Source: a candidate division WOR-3 bacterium
Lineage (GTDB): Bacteria; Hydrothermota; Hydrothermia; JBDRYB01
Direction of reading: 5' to 3'
DNA length: 64,000 bases
NCBI GenBank assembly: GCA_039803205.1
Contig: JBDRYB010000001.1
Location: forward strand, 331,413 to 395,412
Positions within the stretch are counted from its first letter, which is position 1. Each line of letters begins with the position of its first letter. Under the pieces are notes generated by a model. It ran no database searches, had not been told where the DNA came from, and worked only from the letters and a program-made list of their open reading frames with translations. Shown here piece after piece: positions 47,846 through 57,327 of the stretch. Position numbers and translations under genes: made by a program.

Positions 47846-49072
47846 TTGAAGAAGCTCCTTCTGGTTTCATACTTCTATCCTCCGCATTCCTGGTCAATAG
47901 CCGCGATGAGGCCGTATTGGTTTTCCGTTCTCTTGCCAAAGCTCGGCTGGGATGTTTGGGTCTTCACCTCAGGGGGCCCTGTAAGGGACCCGTCGTTCAG
48001 GGATGAGGGGGTAAATGTCCTTAGAACGGGCAAGGCCGAGATCAGGTCTTCTGCCCCGCCGGGCGTCTCAACCCTGGGCAAAACGATAGCGAGGCTGTTT
48101 CTGTGGCCGGACTCAAGAAGGTTCTGGCTCAGGGAGGCCGGAAGGCTTGAGGAATTGGTGAGGGAGTTTGAACCGCACATCATTCTCGCCTGCGCTCCTC
48201 CATACACGGACCTGCTCATGGCAGAGAGGGTCTCTGAGAGAACCGGAATCCCTTTCGCGGTTGACCTTTGGGACCCATGGAAAGAGGATGTCTACGGGAT
48301 GTATCCCACGCCTTTTCACAAGCGGCTAACCCGAAGGGCTGAGGAGAGGGTTTTCAGAAAGGCAAAGATGGTTTTCGTGGTGAACGGCGCCATGAGGGAA
48401 GCCCTTTCGTCCCGTTATCCGGACAAGAGGTTTCTCACCTTGCCATTTGGATACGACCCAGCCGGTGTCCCGGGGCCTGCCCCAAAATCAAACCGGTTTC
48501 ACATAGCCTACCTGGGGAGCATGTTCGGAGAACACAAGAGGCCCGAGGGGCTTTTTGCTGGTTTTTTATCTCTCCCTGATAATGCTTCTGTTGAGTTCTC
48601 ATTCGTTGGAAACAAATCCCAGAAAGCCAAAGCCCTAATAAGGGAGCTCGGGAAAAGGTTCCCTGTCAGAGAATCCGATTACTTACCCCACTGTGAGGCA
48701 ATGAAGGTTGCGGCATCAGCTCATGCTCTTGTCGTCCTTTCAACGAGGGGTCCTCACTATCATCTGATCTCAACGGGAAAGGCCTTTGAGGCAATAGGGA
48801 TGGGTAGGGCCATACTCGGAGTGGTTCCCAAGGATACATGGATATGGGATTTCCTCAAGGAACACAATGCCTACCTCGCGGATCCGGATGAACAGGGAGC
48901 CATAAGGGAGACAACTATCCGGATGATCAACGACTGGAGCGGGGGCAGGCTCATGCTTCCTGACCCCGAGAGGATCAAAGCCTTTAGGTGGGAGGAGCTG
49001 GCGCGGAAGCTCTCAGACTGGCTATCGGAAAGCCTGGAGCACAGCAACAGCCGGGCACGAAGGTTTTACTAA
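47846..49072 (+). CDS. GT4-family glycosyltransferase
   Basis: LLVSYFYPP, DLWDPW, FGYD, GKAFEAI; probable TTG start 47846. Confidence 0.85.
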   Translation: MKKLLLVSYFYPPHSWSIAAMRPYWFSVLLPKLGWDVWVFTSGGPVRDPSFRDEGVNVLRTGKAEIRSSAPPGVSTLGKTIARLFLWPDSRRFWLREAGRLEELVREFEPHIILACAPPYTDLLMAERVSERTGIPFAVDLWDPWKEDVYGMYPTPFHKRLTRRAEERVFRKAKMVFVVNGAMREALSSRYPDKRFLTLPFGYDPAGVPGPAPKSNRFHIAYLGSMFGEHKRPEGLFAGFLSLPDNASVEFSFVGNKSQKAKALIRELGKRFPVRESDYLPHCEAMKVAASAHALVVLSTRGPHYHLISTGKAFEAIGMGRAILGVVPKDTWIWDFLKEHNAYLADPDEQGAIRETTIRMINDWSGGRLMLPDPERIKAFRWEELARKLSDWLSESLEHSNSRARRFY

Positions 49073-49074
49073 GC

Positions 49075-49593
49075 CTAGAAAATTCCGCCTATTTCCAGGC
49101 CAACGAACGCGAAACCCATCAGCTTCTCGTCCCCCAGAGAACCTCTGACCGGCAATAGTGAAGCGGAGAGGCTAAGCTCAGCGAACCCATGATCAAACAG
49201 CATTCGTCCAATGAAGGTCTCAGCGCTTAAGCCGCCATAATGGGGTGCTTCTATGGCTCCTCCAAGCTCTTTTATGACGAGACCCAAGCCGCACGGCCCG
49301 AACAATCCTCCCCAGTAGCTCTTATCCCGGTAGAAAACTGGCCCAGCCCCGAGGCTGAACTCTTCAAGGTCAACGGTCTTTCCAACAGCGCTGATTCTAG
49401 TGCGGGTGTAGCCAGGGGATACCCTCAGGCCCCATTTGCTCCCCGTGTTCCATTCAAGGATTCCGGAGCATGAGAAAGCGGTTATAAAAAGCGGAACATC
49501 ATTTTCCCTTGCGGCCTCAAGGAAACCCGAGTATGTCTCGTGAATGCCTATCCTGGCCCCGAAAGCTGAGAACAAAAGGATGAAGGTCACCAT
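49075..49593 (-). CDS. Small outer-membrane beta-barrel-like protein
   Basis: Short signal, alternating beta pattern, C-terminal Phe. Confidence 0.5.
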   Translation of the reverse strand: MVTFILLFSAFGARIGIHETYSGFLEAARENDVPLFITAFSCSGILEWNTGSKWGLRVSPGYTRTRISAVGKTVDLEEFSLGAGPVFYRDKSYWGGLFGPCGLGLVIKELGGAIEAPHYGGLSAETFIGRMLFDHGFAELSLSASLLPVRGSLGDEKLMGFAFVGLEIGGIF

Positions 49594-50624
49594 AATTTCA
49601 ACTCCAGATTGGCTTCTGTATAGAGCCCTTCGGCAAGATCCAGCCTGCCCGCCAGGAATGCCATACTGAGCCTAGCCCGCGAAAGCCTCACCCCGCCCAG
49701 AGCTCCATATCTCCACTGGCCCGATGAATAGTAAGAGACACGAGGCTTTGTGATTAGAGAAACAGGCCCCTTAGCCCAACTAAAGATGAGGCAATCCTGG
49801 ATGGCAAGGAGGTTAAGGGAATCGTCCATGTATGATATAGCGCTTAGCCTTTTGCCAAAACTCAGAGACCCCATGTTCTTCGTGATCTCCGATGAGAAGT
49901 TACCTCCGTATCTCTTTGTGTTTCCGCCAAGGCCGATGCCCATTTCACCGGATAAGGTAAGCTCCGCGCTCTCGCAGAGACTCCAGCGTCTCACAGCGTC
50001 CAGGGTCACGAGTCCCCTTCCAGCCGCGGTGTTGCTCAGGGTGAGGTAAGAAAGCCTAAAGGAACCACCATCTGAGCTGAGCTCAACATCAAGGCCAACG
50101 GGCAAAAGGACATCCCCGGCCACTGATTGGGCGAGCCCGAACCTCATGGTGGAAGAGACCCAGGCCTCGCCCACCGGAAACACGAGGCCGAATCCTGGTA
50201 TGGCAGTTCTGGTGTCCAGGGTCCAATTTCGCCAGGTCCCGAATATACGCTGTCTGTATGAGAAATCCGAATAGGAGAAACCGAAGCACCAGGCCCATGA
50301 ACCCAGGTCTCTCTTGAGGCCTATATCAGCGAGGCTGAGCCTATCAGAGCTCAGGGTATCCTCCCGCATCGCGAAAAGCCCTTTGGCCGCCGTTGACCAG
50401 GGCCCCCGCTTGCCCGTGAACAAGAAGGACAGGGGAGCCGAGCTGAGGTGGAGGTTCTGCGCGCCAAACAGCTCTGGCCGCTCAAACTCCGATAACCTCG
50501 CTATAGGATACTCATCCAGGATGGCTCCTATGTAGCCAGATGACCAAGCCCCTTCGTTTCTCCAGTAAGAAAACCCAAATTCAAGTGAGGCTTCATCGAC
50601 TCCGAGCAAGAGCAACAGGAACAT
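49587..50624 (-). CDS. Outer-membrane beta-barrel-like hypothetical protein
   Basis: Very short signal, beta pattern, C-terminal LELKLW. Confidence 0.55.
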   Translation of the reverse strand: MFLLLLLGVDEASLEFGFSYWRNEGAWSSGYIGAILDEYPIARLSEFERPELFGAQNLHLSSAPLSFLFTGKRGPWSTAAKGLFAMREDTLSSDRLSLADIGLKRDLGSWAWCFGFSYSDFSYRQRIFGTWRNWTLDTRTAIPGFGLVFPVGEAWVSSTMRFGLAQSVAGDVLLPVGLDVELSSDGGSFRLSYLTLSNTAAGRGLVTLDAVRRWSLCESAELTLSGEMGIGLGGNTKRYGGNFSSEITKNMGSLSFGKRLSAISYMDDSLNLLAIQDCLIFSWAKGPVSLITKPRVSYYSSGQWRYGALGGVRLSRARLSMAFLAGRLDLAEGLYTEANLELKLW

Positions 50625-50718
50625 GCGAATAATTTAATCCAGGAACGCGAGACGGATCAAATCCTTGGGCCGATTGGATTTTGTTGAAATCTCCCGATAA
50701 ATGCTTCATAATTTGAGC

Positions 50719-51201
50719 ATGCCGATAGGTCTAGTCGCGCTGATCCTTATAGATACGGCCTCCGGAATATACCTTTCGCTTCCGGAACCGTGGACCCCTT
50801 CTTACAAGACCATGACCCCTGGCCTTAACCTCGTATGCGGTAACCTGATCGCGAGCCTGGAGTATACCTCTGTCGTGGGCAAGGGCTGGACCCAGCTTGA
50901 TGTCATAAGGGTCAACCAGGAGGCAATAAGGGACTTTATGGAAGGATCAAGGTATTCAAAGCAGGGGGCTATGGAGGAGATCGGCGTTGAGGGTGCCACC
51001 CTCTATAGATCGTGGGCCTGCGCCATGAAATCAGATGGAGACCATGTCATATACATAGTGACGGCCGGATGGAGGCTGGGCGAGCGCGGCACGGTTGGGA
51101 TGTTCCTTCAAATGAAGATAGAGCGCAAGGGGGCCCTGAAGTTCTCAGAGGAGGAAGAGGAGGCAATAGATCGGCTCCTCAGGGGCTTCTCTTTTCAATA
51201 G
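50719..51201 (+). CDS. Hypothetical exported protein
   Basis: CATAAT + 6 nt + ATG; short hydrophobic N-terminus. Confidence 0.55.
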   Translation: MPIGLVALILIDTASGIYLSLPEPWTPSYKTMTPGLNLVCGNLIASLEYTSVVGKGWTQLDVIRVNQEAIRDFMEGSRYSKQGAMEEIGVEGATLYRSWACAMKSDGDHVIYIVTAGWRLGERGTVGMFLQMKIERKGALKFSEEEEEAIDRLLRGFSFQ

Positions 51202-52015
51202 CCTGCGAGAGCCCATAAGCGGCCTTGGCCGGCGAGACAGAGAGGATGTGACAACCTGTATCCAGCTCAAAACCAGCCAGAAACCCAGTTCTCGGTATTA
51301 TCTCAACCCGCCAGTGCCAATCTCCCGGCATGGATTTCAGGATCAGGTTGTAATCCGGCGACGAGAGCACATCCTCTAAGGCCTTCAGAACCCTTTTCAG
51401 GACCCCGGCTAGGGACATGGGCCCATCCGGCAAAAGCCCCTGTGGCTCCCTCGGCATTATCCAGGTCTCGTATGGGAAACGGGAGACCTCCGGGCAAAGG
51501 GCAACGAGGCCGTCCTCCTCGTGGAATATGTGTCCGTCTCTCAGAGAGGATTTGGCAACTTCCCCGCCTATTTCCCTCTCAATAACCGGAGGCAGGAACG
51601 GGAGGCCGACGAGCTGGGTGTGAATGTGTCTTCTGGAGGCCCCGGCAGTAGGGCCGTGGTTGTGGAAGAGGCTTACATACTTGACAGATGGGTTTGAATA
51701 AGCCGCGGAAACCCTTTTGCGCCATGTGTCAACGGCCAGAGCGAGATCGTCATCCGAAAGCTCGGAAAGCGACACCCCGTGTCTCGGAGAATCAACAATT
51801 ACCTCGTGCAGATCGGTCGCTGGGTATTTGTTTGGGAAAACGCGAACCCTCCAAGGCTCTCCAACCCTCATTATCTCAGGAGGGGTCATGCCCTCGTTCC
51901 CTGGGCAGAAGGGGCAGGGGCCGGATTCGCCCGAGAAATCAAGAGGCCTTGCCCCGCGTTCCTCAGCCAGGATGGAACAGAACCCCCTTACACGATCCCA
52001 ACGGAAATCCCTCAC
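51179..52015 (-). CDS. galT: Galactose-1-phosphate uridylyltransferase-like protein
   Basis: CPFCPGNE, NKYPA, GASRRHIHTQ; start reassigned to GTG 52015 (TATAAT + 6 nt). Confidence 0.85.
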   Translation of the reverse strand: MRDFRWDRVRGFCSILAEERGARPLDFSGESGPCPFCPGNEGMTPPEIMRVGEPWRVRVFPNKYPATDLHEVIVDSPRHGVSLSELSDDDLALAVDTWRKRVSAAYSNPSVKYVSLFHNHGPTAGASRRHIHTQLVGLPFLPPVIEREIGGEVAKSSLRDGHIFHEEDGLVALCPEVSRFPYETWIMPREPQGLLPDGPMSLAGVLKRVLKALEDVLSSPDYNLILKSMPGDWHWRVEIIPRTGFLAGFELDTGCHILSVSPAKAAYGLSQAIEKRSP

Positions 52016-52115
52016 CCTCAAATTATATCGGTTTGCTTCAAGGTTTTGCACCGAGTGAGCCGGACTTGTTGGGAGATGAGCCGGAGATTTAAGATATTCC
52101 CTCCGGAGGAACATC

Positions 52116-53288
52116 ATGCCTTATAAAGCCTTTGATTTCTTTAACTTGGATGCTAGTCTGTCGGATGAGGAGCGGATGATCAGGGATACAGCGAGGGAGT
52201 TCACGGAGCGCGAGGTCATTCCCATCATTGCTGATTGCTGGGAGGAGGCCCGCTTCCCCAGGGAGATAATACCGAAGCTGGCTGAGCTCGGGTTCCTCGG
52301 GCCGTTCATCCCCGAGGAATACGGTGGGGTTGGCGCCAGCTACACGGTCTACGGCCTCATCTGTCAGGAGCTAGAACGAGGGGACTCAGGGGTTCGCTCC
52401 TTCTGCTCTGTTCAGGGAAGCTTGGTGATGTATCCGATATGGCGGTTCGGTTCAGAAGAACAGAGGAGATACTACCTCCCGAAATTGGCTTCTGGGGAGC
52501 TGGTGGGCTGTTTCGGGCTCACTGAGCCGGATGCTGGCTCTGATCCTGGTTCCATGAAGACGAGGTGCAGGAGGGATGGGGATGGGTGGGTTATCTCAGG
52601 AAACAAGATGTGGATAACGAACGGAACAATAGCGGATATAGCGGTTGTCTGGGCAAAGGATGAAGAGGGAAGGATAAGGGGATTTATAGTCCACAAGGAT
52701 GATCCCGGCTTCTCAGCGCCAGAGCAGAAACACAAGGTATCCCTCAGGGCATCCGTGACATCCGAGCTCGTGCTTGACGATGTCAGGGTTCCGGCTGATA
52801 GGGAGCTCCCTGGGACCGAGGGGCTCAAGAGCGCTCTCAGCTGCCTAACATCAGCCAGATACGGTATAGCTTGGGGGGCTGTTGGTGTAGCTCAGGCTGT
52901 TTTTGATGAGGCTCTTCAGTATAGCCTTGAACGGGTCCAGTTCGGGAGGCCCATAGCCTCATTCCAGCTGACCCAGGAGAAGCTCGCGGATATGGCGACC
53001 GAGATAACTAAGGCACAAATGCTCGCCTATCACCTCGGGAGGCTCGCTGACAGAGGTGAGATGAAGTATTATCATGTCTCCATGGCAAAACGCAACAATG
53101 TCGCGGTCGCGCTGAGGTGCGCGAGGGAGGCAAGGACAATCCTCGGCGCCAACGGAATATCCCTTGAATATCAGGCAATAAGGCACATGTGCAACATGGA
53201 GTCCGTTCACACATACGAGGGGACATATGAGATTCACACCCTGATTCTGGGGGAGGCACTAACTGGTTTGCCGGCCTATAGGGGATAA
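52116..53288 (+). CDS. Acyl-CoA dehydrogenase, glutaryl-CoA dehydrogenase-like
   Basis: ELERGDSGVRSFCSVQGSL, GCFGLTEPDAGSDP, TYEGT. Confidence 0.88.
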   Translation: MPYKAFDFFNLDASLSDEERMIRDTAREFTEREVIPIIADCWEEARFPREIIPKLAELGFLGPFIPEEYGGVGASYTVYGLICQELERGDSGVRSFCSVQGSLVMYPIWRFGSEEQRRYYLPKLASGELVGCFGLTEPDAGSDPGSMKTRCRRDGDGWVISGNKMWITNGTIADIAVVWAKDEEGRIRGFIVHKDDPGFSAPEQKHKVSLRASVTSELVLDDVRVPADRELPGTEGLKSALSCLTSARYGIAWGAVGVAQAVFDEALQYSLERVQFGRPIASFQLTQEKLADMATEITKAQMLAYHLGRLADRGEMKYYHVSMAKRNNVAVALRCAREARTILGANGISLEYQAIRHMCNMESVHTYEGTYEIHTLILGEALTGLPAYRG

Positions 53289-53292
53289 GCTT

Positions 53293-54219
53293 TTATTTTC
53301 TCCTCGTCCACAGCGGAAGTATCCCGACCGTTGTTGGCACGAGGCAGACCGCGAAGTATGTCAGGGAAAGGGCTATGCAGGCCTCATCTGGCATGAATGG
53401 CCTGAAGAGAAAGAGGAAAGCCCCTTCCCTTACCCCGAAGCCGCTTACTGAGACAGGGAGCATAGCCAGTAGGTTCACGGTGGGAACGAATATGAGGGAA
53501 GCCCAAACGGGCGGCCATTTGCCAAGAGCGCCGGAGACCAGGTGTCCGATAAGGGCAAAGATGATCTGGAGGATGAGGGCGAGGATGAAGGTGATTAGGA
53601 GGAGGCCGGGCCTTCTCCCGTAGAAGTGGAAGGCTCTCAGAAAGCTCATAACCCTTTCCCCCATCCTGAGCCAACCGATCCGGCCTATTGTCCTCTCAGC
53701 GAATGAGATAAACGGATCCGTGAAGGCGAGGATCGTTCCCAGAAGAAGCAAAACAGCGAGGACCGCAACTGCGATTCTCATCTCAGAGTGAACCCAGACA
53801 GCGGCCAATGCCGTGAACGCCAGGATTATGAAACCGGTTAACCTGTCAACGACTATGCTGGCCGAGACCTTTGCCAGGTCCCCGTGTTTCCTCACTATCC
53901 AGGCGCCACGAACCACATCAACCCCAACGCCGGCTGGCATGAAGTTGCCAATAAAAAGCCCAGCGAACATTGCCCAGAGGGAGTCTGAGATCGAAACCCT
54001 TATGCCGTGTGCGCGCATGAACAGGTGCCACCGGAATCCGGCCACGCAGTATCCCCCGAGAGCCATCATCATGCCTCCGATGAGTAGCCATATGTTTGCG
54101 CTCGCTATCTCTCCGAGGACTCGGGCTGGGTTGACCTTCCAGAGGATGAACGCCAAGATGCCGCCGGATACGATCAGGCGGAGGAGGACATCCAAGGCCT
54201 TTCTGATCTTCGGAGACAG
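53293..54219 (-). CDS. Lysylphosphatidylglycerol synthase TM / flippase-like membrane protein
   Basis: RWH, NFMPAGVGVDVVR, DRL, LPVSVSGFGVRE; probable CTG start 54219. Confidence 0.85.
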   Translation of the reverse strand: MSPKIRKALDVLLRLIVSGGILAFILWKVNPARVLGEIASANIWLLIGGMMMALGGYCVAGFRWHLFMRAHGIRVSISDSLWAMFAGLFIGNFMPAGVGVDVVRGAWIVRKHGDLAKVSASIVVDRLTGFIILAFTALAAVWVHSEMRIAVAVLAVLLLLGTILAFTDPFISFAERTIGRIGWLRMGERVMSFLRAFHFYGRRPGLLLITFILALILQIIFALIGHLVSGALGKWPPVWASLIFVPTVNLLAMLPVSVSGFGVREGAFLFLFRPFMPDEACIALSLTYFAVCLVPTTVGILPLWTRRK

Positions 54220-54303
54220 GATGAAATTATATCATGCGCGAGGAGCGCCTTGCCAGCATCGCTGATCAGCTTTCTTCTCTCGCTTTATAATTTTCCCCTG
54301 TTC

Positions 54304-54390
54304 GGAGGGGTGTCCGAGTCCGGTTGAAGGAGCACGATTCGAAATCGTGTAGAGGGAAACCTCTCGTGGGTTCAAATCCCACCCCCTCCG
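54304..54390 (+). tRNA. tRNA-Ser(CGA)
   Basis: Cloverleaf with long variable arm; anticodon loop TTCGAAA; no CCA. Confidence 0.95.
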
Positions 54391-54399
54391 CAGAGGGTG

Positions 54400-56142
54400 C
54401 TATCTCCTGGTTCTCTTGCCCTTTTCCTGGTTTATGAATACCCAAGCCACTATCTCGCCTGGATTCACCGAGTAGTCAACCCTGAGGGTTTTGGGATTCA
54501 GGAACCTTCTGTCCTCCCTTGAAGAACCAGCGAGACCTCTTCTCAGCCTCCGTGAGCGTGCCCTCGCATCCGAGATTATCGCTTTGAACCTCTTTTGCCA
54601 CTCAGTAGCGTTTTCTTGCCTCGTGTCAATCCAACCTGCGTAAGCCCATCGCTCTATGTTCTCTTTTGTGGCCGGGAGATTCCTTTCCCTCTCAAGGGGT
54701 ATCACGACGCGCGCGCCAGCCAGAAGGTTCCCCTCCGGCATGAGAACGGGTATCCCAACCGAGAGGGCCGCTTTCCTAACCCTATCGTTCTTTATGATGA
54801 AGTCCGCCATGGCCTTTGATATGGCGGCTGGCTCTTCGGAAACGACCCTTCTCATGTCTCCGTATATCTCTTTGAGAATGTGCGCCTCAAAGAGGAGCTT
54901 CGTTAGCCTCGGTGGCCCGAGTATCTCAAAGGCCACAGATGGGTAATATTTGTTTTCCCTTTCAAGGGCATAAAGCCTCTGAATAGCCGCTTCCCTGAGA
55001 AGCCCTCCGCGGTATGTTGGGCCCATGACAGCTCCTTCAAGCGCGTCTATCACATCCCTCCCCGTGTTCTGGCCGAGGGACTCGTATATCGCGTAATCCG
55101 CTATCTCCTCAGGTGTTATGAACTCCATCTGGTCAAGGGCCGTGAGCGCGACGAATTCGCCCAGAGAAAAGAGCCCGTTCTCTCCCGTGTCAATGTAGAC
55201 GGATCTCAAGGGTTCTTCGGTTATCTCGGTTGCTCTGTTGGCCTTGAGGGCTGTCGCGAAACCCTCTTCCCCGGAGAGAGGTATGGGTTTCTTGTTGTCA
55301 CAGATGGTTATCGGCCTTCCTCCCCTAGTTATCTCCCCTATTCCTATGCCCTGCCAGGCTATAGCGGCAGCCGGTTTGAGCTCCTTTATCGCTGGCGCAT
55401 CAGCCGCCCTTGACATGATGAGGAAAAGGAGGCTCTGCGCTCCTGCCATGGCGGTCTTTGAAAGGAGAACCCTGGATGGCCTGTCCTCGGAGTGGGTGTA
55501 GGGGATGTCCCAGCCCATTCCGCCCGTTCCCGTTGTGCCTATCTTCACATATAGCTCGGTTCCCGAATCCTTCATGGCCCTCTTCAGTATCTCCATGTGC
55601 CTGACCAACTGCGGGGTGTAGGCTGTCAAGAGGAACCTTTCGGAGCTCTCCCTCACATCCTTTCCAGCCTTTATCTCTTCGTATAGGTCAAGCGCCGCAT
55701 CGTAGACATTCTGATAAGCCAAGGCCGTGGCCGTGTTCACGGAATCATAAACTATGTTTGGCTTTGTAGTCTTGAACAACCAGTATAGGTATGAGGACTC
55801 TATTATCTGGTCGTTTACCTGCAGGTATGTATCCTCTATGAGGGTTCTCCTGGCCTCCTTGTCCCCGAGGAGCTCCTCTCTGGTTTTATCCTTGAACTCC
55901 TTTCTGACGAACATGTTTCCCCAAAAGCCTGTTAGCCTGCCCTTTCTGTAGCATGCTACCTCGTCAATCTCCTCGCGCCGGGGCTTGAAGCCCAGGAGCT
56001 CAAAGGTCTCGGTTATCTCGTGCTCGTAAAGCCCGAGTATTGCGACCCGGGCCGCTTTAAGGGCCAAGGCCTTCTCGGCTATTACCCTGCCTACGAGGCC
56101 TGTTCCGCCAAGAATTAGGACGCTTTTCCCTCTAAAGTTCAT
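54400..56142 (-). CDS. Large Rossmann-fold (SDR-like) hypothetical protein
   Basis: VLILGGTGLVG; KIGTTGTGGMGWDIPYTHSE block. Confidence 0.65.
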   Translation of the reverse strand: MNFRGKSVLILGGTGLVGRVIAEKALALKAARVAILGLYEHEITETFELLGFKPRREEIDEVACYRKGRLTGFWGNMFVRKEFKDKTREELLGDKEARRTLIEDTYLQVNDQIIESSYLYWLFKTTKPNIVYDSVNTATALAYQNVYDAALDLYEEIKAGKDVRESSERFLLTAYTPQLVRHMEILKRAMKDSGTELYVKIGTTGTGGMGWDIPYTHSEDRPSRVLLSKTAMAGAQSLLFLIMSRAADAPAIKELKPAAAIAWQGIGIGEITRGGRPITICDNKKPIPLSGEEGFATALKANRATEITEEPLRSVYIDTGENGLFSLGEFVALTALDQMEFITPEEIADYAIYESLGQNTGRDVIDALEGAVMGPTYRGGLLREAAIQRLYALERENKYYPSVAFEILGPPRLTKLLFEAHILKEIYGDMRRVVSEEPAAISKAMADFIIKNDRVRKAALSVGIPVLMPEGNLLAGARVVIPLERERNLPATKENIERWAYAGWIDTRQENATEWQKRFKAIISDARARSRRLRRGLAGSSREDRRFLNPKTLRVDYSVNPGEIVAWVFINQEKGKRTRR

Positions 56143-56200
56143 GGTTTTCTCTCTGATGGGCGATTATTTTAACAGCTATCGCTGTGTTGGAACAACTTAG

Positions 56201-57319
56201 CTACCATCCCATCAGAACCCCCGCGAAGACCCCTGGTTCCAGGTCTCCGAAGTAATCTCCCCTGGTGATGATGGGGAGGCCTGATGAATCCGAGGATATT
56301 TCCGTGTCCCTGCCGTAGAAATAATAAGCCCCAAGCCTTGCCTCAAAACCCCGGCCAAATGCCCTCCTGACCAGTGGCATTGCCATGAGACTGCCATCAG
56401 AAGCGCAGAGAACCCCGTAAAACGCCAAACTCCATACCACATCGTATGATTTACTGATTAGAAGCCCGATGTAATCCCTCTCGTAAAAGCTGTAAAGCCC
56501 ATAACCGGTTGGGTCTGCTCGGCCGTTGTGGTAATACTCTGCCATCAGGTAAACCTGGCCAGGGAACATCCTGTCATAATTCAAAACATAACGGGGCTCC
56601 GCGCTCGCGTAAAAACACGCCTCAGCCCGGAGCGCGCCGCCAAGGAGGTTTGTGGAAAACCCAGCTCCCACGAGCGAATCCCCCTTGTCGTATCCCCCCT
56701 CAAACACGAGATCAAGGCCTGGAAGGTAGCAAAGGGTTCTCATCCCAGCCTTCCACGCAAGGGAGGAATCGTTATCCGAGGGAGGTGAATAGGCCAGTTC
56801 AACCGAAACCGGGCCAGCCGGCCTCAGCCCAATAAACGCGCAATCTGAGAAAGGCACATCATCCGGCACCACAGAGAGGTTGTTCTGAGGCGTGAATATG
56901 TTCAGAGGGGTCCAGAAGAATGTGGTGCTCCAGTTCAGGACCCTCCTTCCTATTGCGATGGCCAGATAACGGGACTGATATTCAAAGTAGGCTCGCCTTA
57001 TGTAGTCCCTCTGCACAGTCCGCCCCGCGCCTGATGAGGCATCAAGGTCTATGAAACCGGGATCTGACAAGGAAAGCCCCTCGAGAACTGCTGAGTAGGC
57101 GTAAAGGTTTCCGATGTATAGCTCGTGAACCACCTCGGAATAAAGCCTGATGCCAGCGCCAACCGCCTTTATCCGGAGTATGCCCCTTGCCTGACCGAGC
57201 CTGAAGGGGACATAACGGAGATCCGTTGGCCCGAAAGGCCAGAGGACGCTGGTCTCCGTGAACTGGGAGTAAGCATCCCCTCCCATGGAGAACCTGAGAG
57301 CCATGAGCGCGTAAAGCAT
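56201..57319 (-). CDS. Outer-membrane beta-barrel protein associated with the Lol-like operon
   Basis: IRRAYFEY...IGRRVLNW...WTPLNIF pattern; C-terminal Trp. Confidence 0.6.
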   Translation of the reverse strand: MLYALMALRFSMGGDAYSQFTETSVLWPFGPTDLRYVPFRLGQARGILRIKAVGAGIRLYSEVVHELYIGNLYAYSAVLEGLSLSDPGFIDLDASSGAGRTVQRDYIRRAYFEYQSRYLAIAIGRRVLNWSTTFFWTPLNIFTPQNNLSVVPDDVPFSDCAFIGLRPAGPVSVELAYSPPSDNDSSLAWKAGMRTLCYLPGLDLVFEGGYDKGDSLVGAGFSTNLLGGALRAEACFYASAEPRYVLNYDRMFPGQVYLMAEYYHNGRADPTGYGLYSFYERDYIGLLISKSYDVVWSLAFYGVLCASDGSLMAMPLVRRAFGRGFEARLGAYYFYGRDTEISSDSSGLPIITRGDYFGDLEPGVFAGVLMGW

Positions 57320-57327
57320 TGATCTCC

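Noticed and set aside
8528..52117. ORF-track starts at 8528, 15718, 18847, 27514, 31047, 32662, 37415, 41096, 46251, 47807 and 52117
   Set aside because: The extensions run through promoter boxes, operators, hairpins or neighbouring genes; downstream starts fit the -10 or SD signals and protein N-termini better
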